Shown here one piece after another: positions 50,701-61,292 of a stretch of 64,000 nucleotides of DNA. Origin of the DNA: Azolla caroliniana. Lineage: Eukaryota; Plantae; Polypodiophyta. The notes beneath the pieces were generated by a model. That model was not told the DNA's origin. It saw only the letters and a list, made by a program, of their open reading frames with translations, and made no database searches. The DNA lies in assembly GCA_043228905.1 (NCBI GenBank), contig JBHGNT010000157.1:282-64281 (forward strand), given 5' to 3'. Position 1 is the first letter of the stretch. The number at the start of each line of letters is the position of its first letter. A program made the translations under genes and the position numbers.

Positions 50701-53064
50701 AAGATGAAAACGATACCGGAACCGGCCCCGATCCCGAAATGGATTCGGATGAAGAAGAAGAATCGGAAGAACCGGTTACCGAAGCTCCTGAACGGAGATA
50801 TCCTCTAAGAGAGAGAAGGGCCCCCCGGAGATTTCCGGAACCAGAGCACGTGCTGCTAACCGACGAGGGGGAGCCGGAGAGCTTCGAAGAAGCAAAGCAT
50901 GACACCCAGAGCCGCAGGTGGTTGAGTGCCATGCAGGACGAGATGGATTCCCTGCATGAGAACCACACATATGAACTTGTGGAGTTGCCGAAAGGAAAGC
51001 GGGCACTTCGAAACAAGTGGGTGTTCAAGCTGAAGCCGGGAGATGCCGGAAACCCCCCGAGATACAAAGCCAGGATCGTGGTGAAGGGGTTTCAGCAGAA
51101 GAAGGGCGTCGACTTCGACGAGATATTTGCCCCGGTAGTGAAGATGACCTCCATCCGGACGGTGCTGAGCATAGCGGCAAGCATGGACCTCGAGGTAGAA
51201 CAGATGGACGTGAAGACGGCATTCCTTCACGGTGACCTCGATGAAGAGATCTACATGCAGCAACCGGAAGGATTCGAGAAGAAAGGGAAGGAGCACCTGG
51301 TATGCGGATTGAAGAAGAGCCTTTACGGACTGAAGCAGGCTCCTCGGCAATGGTACCGGAAGTTCGACTCCTTCATGACCGACGAAGGGTACCTCAAAAC
51401 GCAGTCCGACCACTGCGTGTTTGTGAAGAAGTTCGAAGGAGGAGACTTCCTAATACTCCTCCTGTACGTGGACGACATGTTGATCGTCGGACGGGACCAG
51501 GTCAAGATACGGATGCTGAAGAAGGCTCTTCACCGAACCTTCTCAATGAAGGACCTGGGTTCGGCGAGACAAATACTAGGGATGCACATCATCCGGGACT
51601 GGAAGAAGAAGCAGTTGTGGCTGTCACAGGAGAAGTACGTGACGAAGGTGCTTCACCGGTTCAACATGTCGGAAGCAAGGCCGGTCGGATCGACCCTCCC
51701 GGCAAACTGCAAGTTGTCCAACAAGCAAAGTCCCAAGACAAAGGCTGAAAAGGAGGATATGATGAAAGTGCCATATGCCTCAGCCGTCGGGAGCTTGATG
51801 TACGCCATGGTGTGTACGAGACCGGACATCGGATATGCAGTCGGAGTGGTGAGCCGGTACATGAGCAATCCCGGCAAAGAGCATTGGAACGCGGCCAAGT
51901 GGATACTCCGATACCTGAAGGGCACGGCAAACGTGTGCCTCCGATTCGGCTCCGGTAAGCCCGAACTCGACGGCTTTACCGATTCGGATATGTCGGCTGA
52001 TGCAGATACCAGCCGGTCCACATCAGGGTATGTGATGACGTATGCAGGGGGAGCTGTTTCATGGCAGTCGAGGCTGCAGAAGACGGTTGCTTTGTCAACT
52101 ACGGAGGCGGAGTACATGGCGGCTGTTGAAGCCGGCAAGGAAGTAATATGGATGAAGGACTTCATTAGAGAGCTCGGTATCCGGCAGGAGGAGTACCGAC
52201 TCTACTGTGACAGTCAGAGTGCAATCCACCTTGCGAAGAACGCGGCCTATCACTCCCGGACGAAGCACATCCAACGAAGATATCACTGGATCCGGGAAAG
52301 GATAGAAGACAAGGAGTTCGTGCTGACGAAGATCCACACGGACGAGAACGGGTCGGATATGCTGACCAAGGTGCTCACACCCGACAAGCTGGAAGCATGC
52401 CGGAAGAGGATCGGATTGGAAAGACATCCCATCCCGAAGTGAAGGGGGAGTTTGTTGGGATTACGGTCCCTTCGGATGGGATGGTCGGATATCGGAGATG
52501 AATGCCGACCAACCCGGTTTCGGTTTCGGAACCGGATGATGAAGACCCCGACATCGGAGTCGGATGACGAATGTACCCGAAGAAGAGATCCGGATGCAGG
52601 GACATATCCATGAATATGTCAGCTAAGGGCCCCCTGAGGCTATAGTTGTAAATAGCCCCAAAGTCATATATATGTATAAATATGACTTAGGGCAAACTGT
52701 TTTAGTGTTGCTATTCATTTTTCTGTTTTTCCACTCTAGAAGAGTGAAGAGAGAGCAGCCGTGAGAGAGAGAGAGAGAGATAGAGCGCGAGAGAGGAAGA
52801 GGACGACGCCTCTGTGTATTTCCGCCGCCTGTGGCGAGGACAACGAGCTCAAGGTCGTCGCCTTGCAGCTCGCCATTGTATACCTTTCTGTACATAGTGT
52901 TGGTTTGGAGTCTTGTACTCCCGTGGTTTTTCCCGTACAGGGTTTTCCACGATAAATCGTGTGTCCTCTCTAATCTTTGTATTTCCCATTTTCTGCTCCA
53001 TTGATTCGCGATTACTCGGTTGTGGCCGAGTGGTGAAGGTTAATAGAAGGGACGTTTCCCAACA
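47724..53064 (+). mobile_element. Copia G: intact, very young Ty1/copia (Tork/Tto1-like); 612-bp LTRs 47724-48335 and 52453-53064
   Basis: TSD AGAAA; PBS TGGTATCAGAGC 48339-48350; PPT GAAGGGGGAG at 52441; three LTR-LTR differences seen. Confidence 0.98.
48366..52442 (+). CDS. Copia Gag-Pol polyprotein (gag, CCHC, protease, integrase, RT, RNase H), 1358 aa, uninterrupted
   Basis: CFHCGKPGHFRKNC; WVVDSGASFH; LWHKRLCH..CTDC; VHTD/RADNGGEY/NGLAERMN; QMDVKTAFLHG; YVDDML; ALSTTEAEY. Confidence 0.98.
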   Translation: MEGGGSGQPGMMVLNAQNYADWKIKMEDLLIVRDLYEPIDRSEIPKGVLESEWKLLNRKAVATIRQYVDVSVLQHVANDTNAYEMWKKLSGLYERKNALNRTSLMRKIVNLKYRDGESMVEHVSTFMGFVNQLAAIKFPLEDAMQAIILMCTLPESWENLVVTLSTSCTEDNLSLQTVKTSILNEEARRRDKEPASDPKALLTESDRGRQWNRSPQRREKSGTRSQSRGRPTCFHCGKPGHFRKNCRHYRKDNGADDTDSKKSPERNGAYRGATDRRGSDRRGQDRKGTTALAASEEEIMLITEEGELNIAGDETTWVVDSGASFHLTPERRYFSSYTAGEHGCVRMGNEGTCRIAGIGDVWLTTPTGCKMLLKDVRHVPEVRLNLISAGRLDDEGYTGSIRNGVMKFSKGSLIVARARKVNTLYLMNARLCPEELNVAADTAGELWHKRLCHMSEKGMKRLAEDNLIPVKHVHLEKCTDCLAGKQNRASFHSRPPTRRSAPLELVHTDVCQVETKSHGGAQYFVTFIDDYSRKLWTAPLKTKDQVLCVFKELHARVERESGKKLKAIRADNGGEYRGQFQEYCRSKGIRLEFTVPKTPELNGLAERMNRTIMERVRSMLAHAKLPKGFWAEAMSTATYVINRSPSVPLDGDTPQKVWTSKEVSYRHLKVFGCLAYVHVAKDRRGKLDPKTRPCIFLGYGDDEFGYRVWDPVDKKIFRSRDIIFMENKTLADWESEKKMKSSKSTGEDQLYEEQSRPARDRLALEDPAEDGEETEPAEEDENDTGTGPDPEMDSDEEEESEEPVTEAPERRYPLRERRAPRRFPEPEHVLLTDEGEPESFEEAKHDTQSRRWLSAMQDEMDSLHENHTYELVELPKGKRALRNKWVFKLKPGDAGNPPRYKARIVVKGFQQKKGVDFDEIFAPVVKMTSIRTVLSIAASMDLEVEQMDVKTAFLHGDLDEEIYMQQPEGFEKKGKEHLVCGLKKSLYGLKQAPRQWYRKFDSFMTDEGYLKTQSDHCVFVKKFEGGDFLILLLYVDDMLIVGRDQVKIRMLKKALHRTFSMKDLGSARQILGMHIIRDWKKKQLWLSQEKYVTKVLHRFNMSEARPVGSTLPANCKLSNKQSPKTKAEKEDMMKVPYASAVGSLMYAMVCTRPDIGYAVGVVSRYMSNPGKEHWNAAKWILRYLKGTANVCLRFGSGKPELDGFTDSDMSADADTSRSTSGYVMTYAGGAVSWQSRLQKTVALSTTEAEYMAAVEAGKEVIWMKDFIRELGIRQEEYRLYCDSQSAIHLAKNAAYHSRTKHIQRRYHWIRERIEDKEFVLTKIHTDENGSDMLTKVLTPDKLEACRKRIGLERHPIPK

Positions 53065-55893
53065 AGAAATTCGTATCCCAATTGCAGGAAAAAGGATTAA
53101 AATATTTAAAAGGAGGGAGTCATTAGAGCCTGAATTTTATGAAGAAGTAGAAGAACTAAAAGAATCGGAAGAAGTGTTGGATGAACTCTGCACAACCAAT
53201 GTGCAAGTTCAGAGGGGGTGGGTGTCGTGAAGAATGTGCTTCACGATATAAAAATGAGCTTAAATGTTGTATTTAATAATATTTGAGAGACTTGAACCCA
53301 CATCCTTATATACGATGTACAATGTACATATTTTGTAAAAATGTGTAATAAATGTGCTTCATGATATAAGAATGAAGCTATATATTGTATTAAGTAAAAT
53401 TGAGGGACTTGAACCCTCAACCTTGTATACCAAGCACCAAGCATACACCACTAAGCTAGGTTAATTATTTTAGAATGTATTTTCATCATTATACTTATCC
53501 CATATCTATTTTCATACATAGCCATCATTCATCACATGCAATGCATGTGCGCCAAATGGCGATCATGCATTACATGTAACTCATGCATTGCATGCATGCC
53601 ATGCTCCCATACATTACCATATGCATGACAACACTTATATAAGGAGGGGCAAGGAAAACAAGAGGGAATCAAGAAGAGAGAGTGAGAAAATAATACAATT
53701 AAGTAAAGAAGACTAGCTCATTGGGTGGAGAACCTCTCGTTTCGAAGTTGAGGTCGTGGGTTCAAATCAAGGGTCGGTAGAGAATGTGTTCAGTTTGCGA
53801 TCAAGGATTGTAAAGTTGGTAAAATATTGTCTTTTTAATATACATCATGTTTATATCAAATACTCTTGCTTCTTGATTCATACTTTGTCTCAATCTTCCT
53901 TCTTAAATCATATTTTGTCTCTAACTTGCTTCTTGAATCATATATTATCTCTATCTTCTATCTATTCTCGTCTCTCTCTCACACACATTACTCGTAACTC
54001 TTCTTCTTGCTACTCTTAACCTTTCTAACATCACCATACACCCCTTATTAAAAGTTAAGTTTCTTCAACTCCCCTTAACCTTAGTCCCTGTGACTTCGCC
54101 GCACGAACCACAACTACCCTGACAACGCTCCTGAATGAAGAGATAGTGCACTTCGATATGCTTTGTGCATGCGTGGAACACTGGGTTCTGAGCCAAATAA
54201 ATACTGCTCATGTTGTCGCAGTAAAGGGGAGTCGGATCCTTGATGGGAACGCCCAGATCCTTCAAAATCCTCTTAAGCCATACGACTTCACATGCAGCTA
54301 CGACTGCACCCCTGTATTCCGCTTCCGTACTCGAAAGAGTGACGGTAGGTTGCTTTTTGCTACTGCACGAAATCGCTCCGCTGCCGAGGGAGAAGACGAA
54401 TCCGGAGGTCGATTGTCGATCTGCTTTGTAGCCAGCCCAATCCACGTCCGTGTATCCTTCGAGTCGTATTGGTGTGGTCGATTTGTAGAGAATGTCGTAA
54501 TCCATTGTTCCACTCACATATTGTAATACTCGCTTAGCACAATCGAAATGATTATCTTAAGGAGTTTGCATGAATTGGCTAAGGAGTCCGACCAGATAGC
54601 TAAGGTCAGGTCGTGTGATCATGAGATAGATGAGACTCCCGATCAGTTGTCGATATTGAGTCGGATTGCACTCATTCGTGCCGGAGTCGGCATCTAGTTT
54701 GAGGTTTCTATCGAGAGGCGTAGCGATCGATTTGCACTCCTTCATCCCGAACTTGTATAACAAGTTGAGAATGTAGTGCCGTTGAGAGATCATAATGCCG
54801 GCCGGATTCCGAATCACCTCAATTCCTAGGAAGTAGGGTAGCTCCTTCATGTCCGTCATCTCGAATTTGTTGGAGAGGAGGGACTTCACCTTGTTGTTGT
54901 CGACTAAATGCTCACCTCCAATAACGAGATCATCCACGTATAGAATGATGACAATTGGGCTTTTAGACTCGTTTTGTACATAGAGGGAGTTGTCGTATTT
55001 CGACATTCGAAAGCCGATTATATGAAGATATTGCGTAATCTTTGAATGCCAAGCATGTGGTGCTTGCTTGAGGCCGTAGAGAGGCTTCTTGAGTCGACAT
55101 ACAACTTTCAGATGGATGTTGGATTCGAAGTTGGGTGGTTGAACCATGTACACCTCCTCTTTCAATTCACCTTGAAGAAAGGCGTTCTTTACGTCCATTT
55201 GGTGAAGGTGCCACCCTTTCGCCGCTGCAAGTGCGATCACGATCCGCACAGTTGTCATCTTTGCCACTGGGGCAAAGGTCTCTTCGTAGTCAACTCCATG
55301 TGTTTGTGCATATCCTTTCGCTACAAGTCGAGCTTATTAGCAATTGACGGAGCCATCAGCATTATACTTCACCTTGTAGATCCATTTGCAGCCTATCGCC
55401 TTCTTGTGCGGTGAGTGGGGAATGATATCCCATGTGTCGTTCTTGCGTAGTGCACACATCTCCTCGTTCATTGCTTCGATCCATCGCGGGTCCTTTGCGG
55501 CTTCGGAAAAGGTTTCCGGCTCCCATACTGTTGCGACCTTCATCATAAAGGCGTAATGGTATGCCATATACTCATCGTAGCCGAAGCGGCTTACGGGGTT
55601 CTTTTCATGGGTGGATCGGCGTAGCTTCTCGTTTGCGGATTCTAAGGCTTTCTTCACTCCATTTGTCCGGATGTCAAGGCCTTCAAACTCACTATCGAGG
55701 GAGTGAGTCGATTCGTTGCCATCGAAATGAGTGTCTTCATACTCTGGCATTTTGGCCTTCCCTTTGTCCATCTTCGGACTCGACCGAGATGTGCTTTGAT
55801 CGCTCGGGGGCTCTTGTGGCCCACTAAGCCTTGTTCTTCGAACATGTGCGTGAGTGGATCTTAGGCTTCTATCTCTATTTCGGCGGAATCCGG

Positions 55894-56423
55894 TGTCGTA
55901 AAGATTTTCTTCCATAGGCGGAAACCGGGGTGGAAAGGGCAAGTCGGTGGTGTGCAACATATGCACACGTATACTAGGAAATGGTGTATAGAAATAAGAG
56001 GGGAGATTTTATCCCACATTGTAAGGTCCCTCCCTCCTTGGGCTATAAAAGGAAGGGAGGGGTCACTTATGAAGGGTTGCCTATTTTGCGAATGATGGGG
56101 ATACCACTTAGCCTAGAGTTCTTACCGTTTTAGGGTTAGGGTTTCGTTTAGGGTTTTCCTTATTCATCTTCGGTTAGGGTTTTCTCATAGTCGTTTGGTG
56201 TGGCTCATACGGCCACCATTGTTGTAATCATTCGTTTGTTTTAATATGTCTTGTTGAGTATCTTACCTCCGCCGATCTCTCCTTCTATGTGGTGATCTTA
56301 TTCTTTCTTCTTGTCCTCTTGAGCTAAGCTTCCAAACATATCTTATTCTTTCTCCTCTACTCCCTAGTCCAAGACCCCAGTGGTCCCGCCTCTTTCTACA
56401 CGCACGTGCGTAACAACGTGACA
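55894..56423 (+). mobile_element. Gypsy-type solo LTR with 4-bp TSD, inside copia C
   Basis: TGTCGTAAAG...CGTGACA termini like the D family; TATA box CTATAAAAGG at ~56043; flanks CCGG/CTGG; the copia C frame continues across it (STSWYAPETTSTPIPLDP|DSAEIEIE). Confidence 0.8.
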
Positions 56424-56483
56424 CTGGGTCGAGTGGAATTGGAGTCGAAGTTGTCTCTGGTGCGTACCAAGATGTGGACTCTC

Positions 56484-56934
56484 TGTACTTTGTTCTTGTC
56501 TTTTGTTTCTTGGTTGTCTTGGTTCTTGTGTCTCTCATTTTGTACGTGTTGACCGGTTGTGGCCGACTACATATTTATAAAAATTGGTATTAGAGCGATG
56601 GATGAACATCTTGGAGGAATGTTCAAGCTAATCGGCTCCAACTATTCAGTGTGAAGTCAAAGATGAGGGATATTTTGGTGTGTTGAGACCTCTGGTTGCC
56701 GGTGTAGTTCAGAGATGATAAGCCAGACAAAATCTGTAAAGAATCGGATATGATTCTTGTGAAGCAGAAGGGGTGTGTGTTATGTGTGTATGTGTGAGAG
56801 AAGAGACGAGAGAGGAGAGGAGAGAAACACAAGATAGATAAGAGACAATATGAAGTACTCAAGAAGAAGAAGGAGATGTATATTAACAAGTAGAATATGA
56901 GATACAAAATAACGTTACAAGGAGTCACAAAATA
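56484..56934 (+). repeat. Dispersed duplicate of 31522-~31957 (copia B LTR end, PBS, gag start, copia C LTR part)
   Basis: Near-identical sequence starting TGTACTTTGTTCTTGTC at both 31522 and 56484. Confidence 0.92.
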
Positions 56935-57561
56935 ACGTTCTCAAACGGTGTGTTCACACGTTGCTCTGTGTTGAGCTTGATTCTCAAAAAAATCTATACA
57001 TCAACTTGGAGGTTATGCATCTGAAGACGACAACCTACATCAGATGTTTTATAGACATGAGTCTATATAACAATTTCAATGAAGAGACAAAGGAAAATGT
57101 CTTGTGGAAGGAGATCGGTGTTATGTTCAAGAACAAAAACACCATTAAAAGAGTTTCAGTCTTCCGGAAGATTATGAGACTGAGGTACCAAGATGGCTCA
57201 AGCATGGCAGAGCACTTGAATGCCTTCCAAGGACTGATCAACCAGACCACCTCTCTGGAAGTACCTCTTGCCGAAGGGGTATTAACATTGTTGTTGTTGG
57301 CATCCCTTTTAGACAGTTGGGAGACACTCATTGTCACATTGGGAAACGTCGGACCGGAAGGGAAGCATCTATCCCTAGAGAAGGTGAAGTCGAGCTTATT
57401 AAATGCAGAAGCTTGTCGGAAGGACAAAAAGTCCTTTTCCGACCCGAAGGCCCTAGTCATAGAAGGTCACTCAAACAGAGGGAGAGGCCAACAGAGAAGT
57501 CCCCAAAACCGGGACAAGTCTGGAATGAGGTCGAAGTCAAGGGGGAGTCTCACGTGCTTCT

Positions 57562-57932
57562 TGTTGAGAAGCAAGCTCAACATGGGCTGGATCAACTGAA
57601 GAAGCGGATAGCCAAATCAGATGAAGACCGATCGACTAGGCCGGGATTGGTTGAAGAAACCAAGAGTTGGATCATATTAAGACTGATCGGATAGGGCGAA
57701 TCGGATGGAATCCGATAGTTCGTTAGGGGCCTATATTCCTATTTTAGCAAATAGGAATATTATAGGTTGTTAGTGTTAGTTAATGAGCATTCAAGTGCGT
57801 GTCAATACTTGTGTCAGCCCACTCTTTAGGGCTTGTATAAAAAATGCTCAATGAGCACATTGTATGGACTGAGTATTTTTGGAGTATCTTGTAATAGAAT
57901 TTTCTGTTGTCTGATCTCTCTTAGTCTCTCCT

Positions 57933-57996
<64 letters not shown>

Positions 57997-59160
57997 ACTC
58001 TGTGTTTTGTGTTGACTAACTATTCATCTTCCAGATAACCCACCGATTGTCGGTTCACAAACTTCCGCACATAAATATTTACATGGTATCAGAGCGTGAG
58101 AGTTGAGAAGCATCCTCCGCAGTCGACGTAGCTTACTAACAAGAGCCATCAGTAGGGTTACGGAAAAGGAAGAATAGAAACATGGACAGAGGCATGGGTG
58201 GCGCTCTTCTGATAGAGAAGTTGTAAAGAAGCAGCTACACATCTTGGGAATACAAGATGCACCAATTCCTGCTCGGCTATGGCTACCTGAGTTACATCCA
58301 AGGAGAAAATGAAGTCGCACCGGAATCGGCACACAAGGATTTTCCAGCCTGGGAGCAAGGAGCAAGTAGAGTCTTGTGCTGCCTTGCATCCAATGTGCAT
58401 GATCAGATGTTGGGCTACATTCGGAATGCAAAAAGACGTCGAAGGAGCCATGGGAAAATCTCAAGAAGATTTTCGCCGCAAGTACCACGACCTGGAAGTT
58501 GCAGCTTCAGCAAGAGCTCAACAATATTTGACAGAAGGATATGTCGGTGATCGACTACACCATGAACATCAAGGAGATCTACGATGCCTTAGGGTTCATC
58601 AATGTGTCGGTGGACGAGGAAGAAATTGTACAGATCTGCCTTGGTGGTCTAGCTCCGAGGTACAGGCCGATCCAGGCGACTATTTGCATGAGGGAGAAAC
58701 CACTATCATTCTTTGACCTGCAATCAATGCTTATGCTCGAAGAAAACCACATAAGTGCATCAAGAAGCATGCAATCAGACAATCCGATGTTGTACATGGA
58801 GGCAGGTAGACCCTGTGGCTGTGGAGACCATGGTGGATTAACACGCAATGGTGGCAGTCGACAAGAGCAGAACCAGAGGCACAACGGAGGTGTCGATAGC
58901 AGTGGACACTCCACAAACATGGGGAGTCAGGGTGGTGCCGAAGGTAGGTAAAACAAAGCCAATGCTAGAAGAAGAAGGTCAACTTCGACAAAGCCGAGTT
59001 AGGCAAAGCATAGGGAAATCGACAACGATCGCACTTCGTTGAAGGCTCGAACCAGGTTGGAATGGGTCCTACATTTGCCATGAAGCATAAGACTAACTCG
59101 ATGATGACGAGCACCTCGAAACCAAACAAGGTGTGGTATGTCGATTCTGGAGCATCAAAT
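57562..59160 (+). mobile_element. Copia H 5' part: LTR 57562-58083, PBS 58084-58095, decayed gag and protease start; truncated
   Basis: TGTTGAGAAGC...TTTACA-TGGTATCAGAGC; SWEYKMHQFLLGYGYLSYI; LQSMLMLEE; VWYVDSGASN. Confidence 0.88.
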
Positions 59161-59435
59161 CTTGGTACAATAATTGACATATGTGTTCATTACTTTAAGG
59201 AGTTGATTGGCCCACAATTGTTAATGACAAATGAGGTGAGTAGAGCACGCCACGAGTTTTATGATGTGGTTGGATGTATTGTGCACGACCTCATTAGTCA
59301 CGAATTGGATGCGTATTTCACTAATGATGAGATGTACACAGTTTTAAGGCCTCTTCCTAGTGGTAAGAACCCTGGTAAGGATGGCTTGACAAGTGAAGTT
59401 TTTAAGCAACATTCAAACATTTCAAAGGAACCCTT
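59161..59435 (+). pseudogene. LINE (non-LTR) ORF2 fragment fused to the copia H protease
   Basis: LDAYFTNDEMYTVLRPLPSGKNPGKDGLTSEVFKQ matches the LINE RT-proximal KxPGxDGxxxEFFK motif. Confidence 0.7.
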
Positions 59436-61292
59436 TGACGGGAACTAAAACGCTCCTTCTACACGACGCTCGGCCACAACCGAGCTTCCAATGTGGCCCA
59501 CAGCTTCCGGTTGTGGTCATCTATGAACGTCACGAAGTACTGTGCTCCGGCATGTGACTTCGTGTCTACTTGACACACATCCGTATGCACCAACTCCAAT
59601 GGTGCATTAGGTCTCATCGGTGGCCTTGGTCGGAAGGAGGTCCGGTTTTGCTTACCGGCCAGACAATCAGTGCACTTCTCCAAGTGCACGTTCTTCACTG
59701 GAATGAGGTTGTCGTCTGCAAGCCTCTTCATCCCCTTCTCGCTCATATGACACAGTCTCTTGTGCCACAGCTCACCAGCAGTGTCGGATGCCAGGTTCAC
59801 TTCTTCCGGACATAACCGGGCATTCATCAGGTACAGTGTGTTGACCTTCCGGGCCCGAGCCACAATCAGGCTCCCTTTGCTGAACTTCATGACACCGTTC
59901 CAGATGCTACCTGTGTAGCCTTCATCATCTAGCCGACCGGCTGATATCAGGTTCAGACGAACCTCCGGAACGTGTCGGACATCCTTCAGCAGCAACTTGC
60001 ATATGGTTGGTGTTGTCAGCCAAACGTCTCCTATGCTAACAATTCGGTATGTGCCTTCATTCCCCATCTGGACACAGCCGTGATCACCGGTTGAGTAGGA
60101 TGAGAAGCACTTCTGGTCAGGGGTAAGGTGGAACGACGCTCCGGAGTCTACCACCCAAGTCATCTCGTCGCCGGCAAGGTTTATCTCACTCTCCTCGGTG
60201 ATGAGCATCAACTCTTCTTCACTTGCCGCGATTGCCGTCGTCCCCTTCCGGTCCGGCCCCCTCCGGTCTTTACCGTTCCGGTCCGGAGTCCGCATCGAAT
60301 CGGTACCGTCGGTTTCCTTGTCCTTTCGGAAATGTCCCGACTTGCCGCAATAGAAGCAAGTGGGCCTCCCCCTTGACTTTGACCGTGTCCCCGACTTCTC
60401 CCGGTTCTGGGGACTACGGTTTCTATGTCTTCCGCGTTCCGATTCGGTAAGGAGCGCTTTGGAGTTGGAGCTCGTATCTTTATCTTTCCGACGCGCCTCC
60501 TCATCTAGCAAGCTCGACTTTACTCTTGCTAGGGATAACCGCTTTCCTTCCGGCCCGGCGTTGCCCAAAGTGACAACCAGCGTCTCCCAACTATCTGGGA
60601 GGGAACCGAGCAGGAGTAACGCTAGTACCTCATTAGCGAGAGGTACTTCCAATGAAGTTGCCTGGTGGATCAGCCCCTGGAAGGCATTCATGTGCTTTGC
60701 CATGCTGGAGCCATCTTGGTACCGGAGTCTTACTAGCTTCCGGAATACCGAAACCTGATTAACAACATTTTTGTTTTGAAACATTATGTCGATCTTCTCC
60801 CAGAGCTCATGAGCCTTGCTCTCTTCATTGAAGTTGTTGTACAGGCTCATGTCGATGAAGCACCGTATGTACGTCGTTGTCTTCATGTGCATCACCTTCC
60901 ATATCGCGGCGTCGATTTTGTCCGGTCTCTTGTCCCCGAACTGAACCGGCAGCCAGAGGTCTTTAACCATGAGCATGTCCCTCATCTTCGACTTCCACAC
61001 TGAATAGTTGGAGCCGGTGAGCTTGAACATGCCGCCAAACGAGTCGTCCATTTTCTGTGTCGTTTCGCTCTAATACCACTGGACGGGAACTAAAACGCTC
61101 CTTCTACACGGCGCTCGGCCACAACCGAGCTTAGAATCATACACAAAAAACGGGAAATAATGAACGACACGAAGAGGAGATGAGTACGCAGGATGTTTAC
61201 GTGGAAAACACAAACTAAGGGGAAAAACCACGGCAGCCCACAGGCTGCAAACTATCACTATGTTAGTACAACAGTGAGTTCACGGAGGCAAC
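59436..61292 (-). mobile_element. Copia I, 3'-deleted: 5' LTR part 61081-61292 (interrupted), PBS 61067-61078, ~52-bp 3' LTR remnant 59436-59487
   Basis: GACGGGAACTAAAACGCTCCTTCTACACG.CGCTCGGCCACAACCGAGCTT occurs at both 59437 and 61082; PBS TGGTATTAGAGC. Confidence 0.88.
59459..61051 (-). CDS. Truncated copia polyprotein (gag, protease, integrase N-terminus), 530 aa, open
   Basis: MDDSFGGMFKLTGSNYSVWKSKM; CFYCGKSGHFRK (last Cys deleted); WVVDSGASFH; LWHKRLCH; ends in LTR-derived sequence. Confidence 0.8.
   Translation of the reverse strand: MDDSFGGMFKLTGSNYSVWKSKMRDMLMVKDLWLPVQFGDKRPDKIDAAIWKVMHMKTTTYIRCFIDMSLYNNFNEESKAHELWEKIDIMFQNKNVVNQVSVFRKLVRLRYQDGSSMAKHMNAFQGLIHQATSLEVPLANEVLALLLLGSLPDSWETLVVTLGNAGPEGKRLSLARVKSSLLDEEARRKDKDTSSNSKALLTESERGRHRNRSPQNREKSGTRSKSRGRPTCFYCGKSGHFRKDKETDGTDSMRTPDRNGKDRRGPDRKGTTAIAASEEELMLITEESEINLAGDEMTWVVDSGASFHLTPDQKCFSSYSTGDHGCVQMGNEGTYRIVSIGDVWLTTPTICKLLLKDVRHVPEVRLNLISAGRLDDEGYTGSIWNGVMKFSKGSLIVARARKVNTLYLMNARLCPEEVNLASDTAGELWHKRLCHMSEKGMKRLADDNLIPVKNVHLEKCTDCLAGKQNRTSFRPRPPMRPNAPLELVHTDVCQVDTKSHAGAQYFVTFIDDHNRKLWATLEARLWPSVV

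Larger units (their letters stand above)
32522..54124 (+). mobile_element. Gypsy D, non-chromovirus with tRNA-Trp PBS: 902-bp LTRs 32522-33423 and 53223-54124; gag 33443-33849 + 43269-44424; pol 44478-47723 + 53070-53230 (disrupted)
   Basis: LTRs TGTCGTGAAG...GACA differ at about a dozen positions by eye; PBS TGGTGAGCCCGA at 33428; CMWCDSIDHQKKDC knuckle; RT DLYSGYDQ, LPQGATNS, FLDD; RNase H TVDSSPIGIG; integrase HHCC plus DDE; 4-bp TSD ACGT/ACGC. Confidence 0.93.
31768..56989 (-). mobile_element. Copia C: 3' LTR 31768-32237, RNase H split at 32521/54125, RT 54557-55520, second (internally deleted) LTR 56735-56989; gag-integrase missing
   Basis: LTR reverse complement TGTTGAGAATCAAGCTC...TTTACA; reverse PPT CGCCCCCTCAAG at 32238; HQMDVKNAFLQG and LYVDDL; HYLFIQER|VQAGDVDL joins across the gypsy D insertion; TSD AAATC at 31763-31767 and 56990-56994. 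Confidence 0.88.
30630..57561 (+). mobile_element. Copia B 5' part: LTR 30630-~31614, PBS 31617-31628, gag start to 31767, gag continuation 56995-57561; hosts elements C-G and is interrupted again at 57562
   Basis: LTR TGTTAGGAAAC resembles 313-851; PBS TGGTATTAGAGC; gag MDEHLGGIFKLIGSSYSVWKSKMRD...PDKI resumes as EVMHLKTTTYIRCFIDMSLYNNF after the TSD AAATC. Confidence 0.8.

Noticed and set aside
48419-52427. Antisense and alternative-frame ORFs in copia G
   Set aside because: Expected shadows of a GC-rich long ORF; no independent motifs.
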